The notes under the pieces were generated by a model that did no database searches, had not been told where the DNA came from, and saw only the letters and a list, made by a program, of their open reading frames with translations. A DNA stretch of 32,000 bases from Fluviicoccus keumensis (GTDB lineage: Bacteria; Pseudomonadota; Gammaproteobacteria; Pseudomonadales; Moraxellaceae): NCBI RefSeq assembly GCF_004217445.1, contig NZ_SHKX01000013.1:451031-483030 (forward strand), written 5' to 3'. A program made the position numbers and the translations under genes. Within the stretch, counting starts at the first letter, position 1. Each line of letters opens with the position of its first letter. Of this stretch, positions 27,249-32,000 are shown in pieces.

Positions 27249-27373
27249 GCCCAACTTTGCGCTCAAGTGGGATAACGCCCCAGCCACTTATGGGGCATTT
27301 TTTGATGGTTCTGAGGTACGTCTCAGATTTTATTTTGCTGTGGGGCGTTACCCCTTAGCGCCGGTAGTTAGGG
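27249..27373 (+). other. attC site of cassette 1 (125 bp)
   Basis: R'' is GCCCAAC at 27249-27255. L'' GCGCTCAAG (27259-27267) pairs with L' CTTAGCGC (27354-27361), leaving one bulged base. The stem continues GGG/CCC and TAACGCCCC (27273-27281) / GGGGCGTTA (27342-27350). Apical hairpin TCTGAG/CTCAGA is at 27310-27327. R' is GTTAGGG at 27367-27373. Confidence 0.8.
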
Positions 27374-27379
27374 CTAAAC

Positions 27380-27871
27380 ATGATCAAAGCCATCAGATTT
27401 GCAATATTTATTGGGGTTTCTATGAGCTCAAATGCAAATGAAATATTTATCCACTCTCACAATCCCACCTCCAATCGATTCGCCATACTAGAGGATAATG
27501 AAAGCATTGCTTTTCTTTATCTAACGGAAGTCGGAACTCAACGCCCCATCAAAGATGCCGTTGCCTACTCTCGCCATCCCCTCGCTCTGAAAGTCGATTG
27601 GGAAAAAATCAAAGAGAAGGGCGATACCCCGCCACTATCAAAAGATGTTGCAAGTTCAGAGGCAGTTATTGCAAACCCTTCAGAGGTTGAGTTTTCTTTT
27701 AAATGGTCATCTGATGGTAACGCCGTAGCATTACTCCGAAATGGAAAACCGATTGCATTTGCTTCAGCCTCAGAAAAATATGGCTTTTCTAAAGCCATAT
27801 CAAAGCCCAGCCCACTAGCAAACGCTTGGGATCAAGGGCTTTATGAAGTTACATTTGGAGAGCAGCCCTAA
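27380..27871 (+). CDS. Cassette 2 ORF: unknown protein, possibly DUF2251-like
   Basis: 163 aa, or 149 aa from the ATG at 27422. The pattern FAILEDNESIAFLYL ... KWSSDGNAVALLRNGKPIAF resembles my recollection of DUF2251 proteins (vFEDDGetGYfY ... Ws.dG.kaaLlinG). The stop TAA lies inside the attC inverse core. Confidence 0.6.
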   Translation: MIKAIRFAIFIGVSMSSNANEIFIHSHNPTSNRFAILEDNESIAFLYLTEVGTQRPIKDAVAYSRHPLALKVDWEKIKEKGDTPPLSKDVASSEAVIANPSEVEFSFKWSSDGNAVALLRNGKPIAFASASEKYGFSKAISKPSPLANAWDQGLYEVTFGEQP

Positions 27872-27945
27872 CTAGTGGTTCGTTCACATCGTTCGCTGCG
27901 CTCACTGGGACGGGCTAAAGCCCACTCCTTAAGCAACCGTTAGAG
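27865..27945 (+). other. attC site of cassette 2 (81 bp)
   Basis: Inverse core GCCCTAAC is at 27865-27872 and core GTTAGAG at 27939-27945. GGTTCGTT and AAGCAACC are partially complementary L-like boxes. Central hairpin GGGC-TAAA-GCCC is at 27912-27923. Confidence 0.75.
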
Positions 27946-27962
27946 CCAACAAGGAGGTTCAT

Positions 27963-28367
27963 ATGTATAGCGCAGGAAAAGAGGTTCTTGAGCAGGGCTT
28001 AAGCTTGTTCAGCCGGATCTTATTGGGCGTCGTCGCCGGCCTGTTTGGTGTTGGAATGATTTTTATGGGGCATGCGGCCAAGGCTCCTTGGTTCTTCTAT
28101 GTCTTTGGCTCGTTCTGTCTTTTTATTACGGTGGCTTGCATTACAACCGGAAAAGTCAGGGTCTTTTTTGGAAGGCTCATCGGAGCGCTGGTTTTCATGG
28201 CTGCGGCTTGGTATCTAGTCTCAGAGTTATCTTCCGGGCCGATCATTTCAGGCATGGACGCCGACCCATCCATTCTTAACGCGGCTAAGTTTTTCATACT
28301 GGCAGGCATACCTGGTCTGGGCTATGCGTTATTCGCGCGCTTCTCTCCAAGAGAATCGGATAAATGA
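27963..28367 (+). CDS. Cassette 3 ORF: small integral membrane protein (four hydrophobic segments), unknown function
   Basis: ATG lies 5 nt after a perfect AAGGAGG (27951-27957). 134 aa with four predicted TM helices. The attC follows immediately. Confidence 0.7.
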   Translation: MYSAGKEVLEQGLSLFSRILLGVVAGLFGVGMIFMGHAAKAPWFFYVFGSFCLFITVACITTGKVRVFFGRLIGALVFMAAAWYLVSELSSGPIISGMDADPSILNAAKFFILAGIPGLGYALFARFSPRESDK

Positions 28368-28375
28368 ACGAGTTG

Positions 28376-28440
28376 GCTCTAACCATTCGCGGCAGGTGCG
28401 GCGGTCCTGACGGGCCGCGAGCTGGGCTCATTCGTTAGGT
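28376..28440 (+). other. attC site of cassette 3 (65 bp, classical short type)
   Basis: GCTCTAAC-CATTCG...GCCGCGAGCTGGGCTCATTC-GTTAGGT. The layout closely parallels the aadA-type attC as I recall it (GTCTAACAATTCG...CTCAAGCGTTAGAT). Core GTTAGGT at 28434-28440 fits GTTRRRY. Confidence 0.8.
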
Positions 28441-28531
28441 ACGGACAGGAACGGAACTCACGAACAGCCCCGGAAAGCTCAGGCCTGCTTGGCTACTTCT
28501 GGTCCCTGCCCCAGTTTTTCATCTTCAAACC

Positions 28532-30061
28532 TTAGCCCCCGTCCAAGCTGTCAAACGCCCACCAGCATGAACCGCCGCCCCCAAACGTATGCCGTGTCTT
28601 CCGGTCAAAATGGAACTCGCCCTGACAGGCCCGCCCTCTTTCCAGCGCACCACGCAGTTCATCCCACTGCCCCAGCAAATCCTTGTTCTTCGCCCACTCG
28701 GGGGGATTCGCGTATTTGATCCGCAACTTGTACCGGAACGCATCTCCTTCCGTGTCATAGGGGTCATCATTGATCAGCTGCGCATCCACAATATCGACCG
28801 AAGCAACCCCCAAGGGCAGACAATCCGGGCGTTTGGGATCGACCGCGGTTGCATAGCCTGCCGTCAGCTCAAAGATATCGGCCTTTTGGCGCCGGCCATC
28901 TTCAAGCTGAATGTCTTGTCCAGCCCTCCTTTGCATCACCCCCAGGCGTTCAAGTAATTCGAGATAGGGTATCGTCTTGCGGGCAACCGGATCCCAGCCT
29001 GATCGCCCCTTGGACGGGAAAATGGCCACGGCGTAGTGGTCCGACTCGCCTTCAAACAGCGATTTGTCCACCGGCAAGTTTCCCCTGCCCGGCAGGGCCA
29101 GACAGGTACCGGGCCACTGACCAGCCTTGCCATGACCATGCATCTCCGCCAGCAGACGTCGAATTTCATCCACCGTCGGTGGTGCAAAGGCTTTCAGGGC
29201 CTCCATCTTGCGGATACGCAGGGCAGCCAGCCGCGACAGCATCGCTTCGTATTCGGCCCGGCCGCCATCCTTTTGCGTGGCATCCACATAAGCATCCTTG
29301 TAATCGCGGCTGTAAACCGTAGGGGCGCGACCACACGGCCCTTGCCCATCCCGGACCAAGTGCCGACACTCAACCCAGGATTTGTTTTGACGAACCAACT
29401 GAACCTTGAACATCTGCCCGGCACTGTTCTTTTCGATTTCCGGGAAAGCCGCCAGCAGCGCGGGATTTCTTACCCATGCGGATTCTGCTGATGTTGCATC
29501 CAGCCCGATCCGGGCCGTGACCTCGTAAAACGGCTGGCTTTGCCCTGCCTGACTGCCCGGCGGATGCGGAGTGATTTGATCGATGCCGAGGTAATGTGGC
29601 TGTCCGTATTCGAAACAGCTGGCATTGCGGTTCGGACCCGATTTCAGCCAGCCCGACTCAGACAGCCGGTAACGGATAGCCGGGCGACCGTTCAGGGTCA
29701 ATGTCAGTTTTTCCAGCAAACCGGCCTGGCTCAGTGCATCCAGTTTCCGCAATTGCTCCTGACGGGGAGCAGACTCCGGAGCATCGGTATAGAAATCCAT
29801 GGACCACGCCAACGGTTCACGGGTCTTCGTGCCCACATCCGGAGCAGGATAGGACGGCAGGGAAAGACACAACCGTTTTCCTTGCTCGCCCCCGGAATGC
29901 TGTTCCCAAAGGGCGCGGACTACAGGATCGAAATTGGCGGCCGTGGGTTGGTTTTCCTGCCAGTGGTTGTAGGCATACACGCCGGCTGTCAGTGTCAGAC
30001 CCAATCCGAGGACTGCCGCAACTGACGGGAAAATGCGACGTTTACTGAAATTTAAATGCAT
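28532..30061 (-). CDS. Exported / membrane-anchored Cys-containing protein of unknown function, reverse-oriented in the array
   Basis: 509 aa. The N-terminus KRR + IFPSVAAVLGLGLTLTAGVYAY is a signal peptide or signal anchor. There are eight Cys. An apparent two-fold internal repeat is anchored on CLxLP, L(D/E)xLxxxG(L/V)(L/M), (Y/F)xL(S/T)xxG(W/Y) and C(F/L)xxG. G+C (about 52-63% on sampled lines) is intermediate between the other cassettes and the host. Confidence 0.75.
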   Translation of the reverse strand: MHLNFSKRRIFPSVAAVLGLGLTLTAGVYAYNHWQENQPTAANFDPVVRALWEQHSGGEQGKRLCLSLPSYPAPDVGTKTREPLAWSMDFYTDAPESAPRQEQLRKLDALSQAGLLEKLTLTLNGRPAIRYRLSESGWLKSGPNRNASCFEYGQPHYLGIDQITPHPPGSQAGQSQPFYEVTARIGLDATSAESAWVRNPALLAAFPEIEKNSAGQMFKVQLVRQNKSWVECRHLVRDGQGPCGRAPTVYSRDYKDAYVDATQKDGGRAEYEAMLSRLAALRIRKMEALKAFAPPTVDEIRRLLAEMHGHGKAGQWPGTCLALPGRGNLPVDKSLFEGESDHYAVAIFPSKGRSGWDPVARKTIPYLELLERLGVMQRRAGQDIQLEDGRRQKADIFELTAGYATAVDPKRPDCLPLGVASVDIVDAQLINDDPYDTEGDAFRYKLRIKYANPPEWAKNKDLLGQWDELRGALERGRACQGEFHFDRKTRHTFGGGGSCWWAFDSLDGG

Positions 30062-30231
30062 GTGAAATCCGTTCTTATGATTTTCGGCAAGTCGGCTAGC
30101 GCGACCCTTGCGAATGTTATGGCTGTCCTAGGCAAACGACAAGCGTGGCCGTTTGGAAGATTTTCCCCTTGGAGGCTGTAGTCCCTTAGCCGGGGCGGAA
30201 TCAGAAATAGGGGCCAGTCCCCCTGTGTTTA

Positions 30232-30420
30232 GCTTAGGTTGACGGAGGGTGGCGCGCGCTGCTAGCTTTCAGGAACTTCATCCTATGGGTTTAGTTCGCC
30301 TAACAAGGTGAGGCTTCCTGACAAGCGGCTAATTTGAAAGGCAAATGACTCTGACTCATTGCTGTTTAGGCGAATGGATTGTTATGCAAACTCTGTCGCC
30401 GAAATATAGTTAGGCATCAA
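30232..30420 (+). repeat. Copy 2 of the ~190-bp module (promoter-like box + long attC)
   Basis: See copy 1: 30292-30420 matches 26781-26909 at 114/129 positions. Differences cluster in an 8-nt block (TATGGGGA versus GACTCTGA). Confidence 0.85.
30298..30415 (+). other. attC site (long type, 118 bp) closing the 2-kb unit
   Basis: Inverse core GCCTAAC (30298-30304) is perfectly complementary to core GTTAGGC (30409-30415). It has the same architecture as 26787-26904. Confidence 0.6.
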
Positions 30421-30432
30421 GGGAGACGAACA

Positions 30433-30801
30433 GTGCCGCAAACAGTCATTCCGCAACTACGCATCACAAACTCAGAACAAAGCCTTGGCTTCTATGTCAA
30501 CGGCCTCGGCTTCAAGATTGACTGGCAGCACCGATTCGGTCCCCGCTACCCGCTTTTTGTTCAACTCACGAGGCAAGGCCAAACGATCTTTCTGACAGAG
30601 CATATGGGCGACTGTGAAGTCGGAGGCGCCGTCTACTTCATCGTCCAAGATGCCGGACACACTTTGTCCGAGTTTGAGCAACATGGTGTCGTTGCCACCA
30701 ACCCACTGTCAAATACATCGTGGGGTACAAGCGAATTTCTGCTGACCGATCCGGACGGCAACCGTTTGCGCTTTGCCTCTGAACTTCAGCAACAAACATG
30801 A
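30433..30801 (+). CDS. Cassette ORF: glyoxalase / bleomycin-resistance (VOC) family protein
   Basis: GTG 30433 lies 6 nt after AAGGGAGA and inside the cassette; the tracked TTG 30379 would start inside the preceding attC. IPQLRITNSEQSLGFYVNGLGF ... LLTDPDGNRLRF fits the VOC/Ble-like pattern. 122 aa. Confidence 0.8.
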   Translation: MPQTVIPQLRITNSEQSLGFYVNGLGFKIDWQHRFGPRYPLFVQLTRQGQTIFLTEHMGDCEVGGAVYFIVQDAGHTLSEFEQHGVVATNPLSNTSWGTSEFLLTDPDGNRLRFASELQQQT

Positions 30802-30828
30802 CTCGCCAAGTCCCAGCGGTCACTTGCT

Positions 30829-30848
30829 GCCTAACCTGGGCGTTTTAG
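30829..30848 (+). other. Truncated attC remnant (inverse core only)
   Basis: CTTGCTGCCTAAC (30823-30835) is the reverse complement (12/13) of the cassette 5' end GTTAGGCATCAAG (30409-30421). Only about 25 bp remain before the next ORF, with a core-like GTTTTAG at 30842-30848. Confidence 0.5.
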
Positions 30849-30860
30849 AGGAGCCACATT

Positions 30861-31370
30861 TTGCTCGATCTTGATGATCCTCGTTGGTACGAGCTCAAAC
30901 ATGCTTATGGCACGGCTGCGGATATCCCTGCGTTGTTAAAACAACTCGCCGATCTACCGTCCTCCGAAAACGACAACGAGCCTTGGTTCTCCATCTGGAG
31001 CGCATTGGCGCATCAAGGCGACGTCTACACAGCTTCTTTCGCTGCCGTGCCACACGTAATAGAGGCGCTCGCCTCTGCCCCGTTAAAAGCCGATTTCTCC
31101 TATTTTCAATTTCCGGCCTGGGTTGAAGTCTGCCGCACCAAGAAGAGCGTTTCGGTTCCTGAAGACATTGCCCCAGCCTACTTTGAGTCCTTGTCTCGGC
31201 TGCCCTCGCTTGTGGGTGCAGCAGCCGCGCGCCCATGGGACGAAGGGTTTCTATGTTGCGCTCTTTCAGCGGTTGCCGCGGCGAAAGGGCAGCCCTCAGT
31301 TGCCGAAGCAGTGTTGGAGCTTTCGCCCGAGGTGGCCGGCGAGTTCATGGAGTGGTTCTATGAACGCTGA
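30861..31370 (+). CDS. Helical protein of unknown function (last ORF of the array)
   Basis: TTG start lies 7 nt after AGAGGAG (30847-30853). 169 aa. The N-terminal block DDPRWYELKHAYGTAADIPALLKQL recalls uncharacterised HEAT-like or immunity-like proteins, but I cannot name a family. Confidence 0.65.
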   Translation: MLDLDDPRWYELKHAYGTAADIPALLKQLADLPSSENDNEPWFSIWSALAHQGDVYTASFAAVPHVIEALASAPLKADFSYFQFPAWVEVCRTKKSVSVPEDIAPAYFESLSRLPSLVGAAAARPWDEGFLCCALSAVAAAKGQPSVAEAVLELSPEVAGEFMEWFYER

Positions 31371-31475
31371 AAAGCCCAATTCTACGTTATCGCCATAAAA
31401 CAACCGGAACCAATCGGGAGGGAATAGGCACCTGTCCCCAATTTTCCCCCGACGACCCTCCGCCCTGTCAGCAGC

Positions 31476-31493
31476 GTCGGGCTGAAGCCCGAC
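31476..31493. other. 7-bp perfect hairpin at the island / thiolase junction
   Basis: GTCGGGC-TGAA-GCCCGAC, 8 bp from the thiolase stop. There is no T-run on either strand. Confidence 0.35.
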
Positions 31494-31500
31494 CCACAGG

Positions 31501-32000
31501 CTACAACCGCTCAATCACCGTCGCCGTCGCCATCCCCTGCGCAATGCACATCGTCTGCAAGCCATAGCGCGCGCCCCGCCGCTCCATCTCCGCCAGCAGC
31601 TTCCCCATCAAAATCGCCCCCGTCGCCCCCAGCGGATGCCCGTGCGCAATCGCCCCGCCGTTCACATTCACCTTCTCCGCCGGAATTCCCAGCGCCTTCA
31701 TCCAGATCAACGGCACCGGCGCAAAGGCCTCGTTGATCTCAAACAGGTCGATATCCGCCAGCAACAAGCCCGCCTTTTTCACCGCCCGCTCCGTCGCCGG
31801 AATCACCTCCATCAGGGCCAGCGTCGGATCACCCGCCGCGCACACCCGCGCCAGAATCCGCGCCCGCGGCCGGAAACCGTCACGTTCCGCCGCCATCCGG
31901 TCGGCCACCAGCATCACCCCCGCCCCGTCGGCAATCTGCGACGCATTGCCCGCCGAAATCAGCCCCGAGCCCGGCCGGAACGGACGCGGCAGCGCCGCCA
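31501..32000 (-). CDS. Acetyl-CoA C-acyl/acetyltransferase (thiolase), C-terminal part; 5' end outside the window
   Basis: The frame stays open beyond the tracked GTG to the window edge (..SAGNASQIADGAGVMLVAD..). Thiolase C-terminal signatures NVNGGAIAHGHPLGATG and CIAQGMATATVIERL are present. Confidence 0.9.
   Translation of the reverse strand, partial: AALPRPFRPGSGLISAGNASQIADGAGVMLVADRMAAERDGFRPRARILARVCAAGDPTLALMEVIPATERAVKKAGLLLADIDLFEINEAFAPVPLIWMKALGIPAEKVNVNGGAIAHGHPLGATGAILMGKLLAEMERRGARYGLQTMCIAQGMATATVIERL

Larger units (their letters stand above)
26722..31450 (+). mobile_element. Integron-type gene-cassette array without an integrase in the window (CALIN-like)
   Basis: Low-GC block (hand counts on sample lines give about 35% to 57-63%, against roughly 65-70% in the flanks). 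ORFs are separated by imperfect palindromes bounded by an inverse core (..YAAC) and a core (GTTRRR.). At five junctions the sequence beginning at GTT is the reverse complement of the inverse core of the next palindrome (8/8, 9/9, 12/12, 6/7, 12/13). No intI, attI or transposase is visible. Confidence 0.8.

Noticed and set aside
27247-27441. 64-aa ORF in the track between cassette 1 and cassette 2
   Set aside because: It lies almost entirely within the attC palindrome of cassette 1 and crosses the cassette boundary, so it is most likely not coding.
26722-30420. CRISPR array or IS inverted repeats as an explanation for the two ~190-bp repeats
   Set aside because: There are only two copies, they are 3.5 kb apart and in direct orientation. 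There are no short regular spacers, no cas genes and no transposase. Both copies end exactly at attC cores.
30379-30432. TTG 30379 as the start of the VOC-family gene
   Set aside because: It would begin inside the preceding attC and cross the cassette junction at 30409/30410. GTG 30433 has an AAGGGAGA SD and gives a family-typical N-terminus.
31476-31493. Hairpin after the thiolase stop as a rho-independent terminator
   Set aside because: The stem is perfect, but there is no T-run on either strand. It is reported only as a hairpin.

Overview
This is a high-GC (about two-thirds G+C by eye) proteobacterial chromosome segment. The gene order hemF-tsaC-dprA-LysM divergent from def-fmt-rsmB, plus prlC-yheV, resembles Pseudomonas-like gammaproteobacteria.

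Positions 1-26.7 kb are mostly core genes:
- an AsmA-like C-terminus, a 7TMR-DISM diguanylate cyclase and a START-like exported protein
- the hemF/tsaC/dprA/LysM and def/fmt/rsmB blocks
- a three-gene circularly-permuted ATP-grasp / alpha-E / Anbu (proteasome-like) operon preceded by a sigma-54-type promoter
- prlC-yheV and a TPR protein
- a TetR / haloalkane-dehalogenase / redoxin unit with a palindromic operator
- a GyrI-like / TfoX-N / YafY(WYL) / EVE same-strand cluster
- a metallophosphoesterase, an AraC regulator, small membrane proteins and a DMT transporter

The most interesting region is about 26.72-31.45 kb. It is a low-GC island between the DMT gene and a thiolase gene. I read it as an integron-type gene-cassette array with no integrase in the window (a CALIN). 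It has five well-supported attC sites and one truncated one. Each cassette's 5' end is the reverse complement of the inverse core of its own attC. Other features of the array:
- a duplicated module of about 190 bp (the 129-nt core is 88% identical by hand alignment) that carries a long attC and a conserved promoter-like TTGAC box
- a 2-kb unit carrying a reverse-oriented 509-aa exported Cys-rich ORFan
- several small ORFan cassettes and a VOC/bleomycin-resistance-like cassette

I found no rRNA, tRNA, CRISPR array, transposase or integrase by eye. Many long ORFs in the track are antisense shadow frames typical of high-GC DNA and were rejected.
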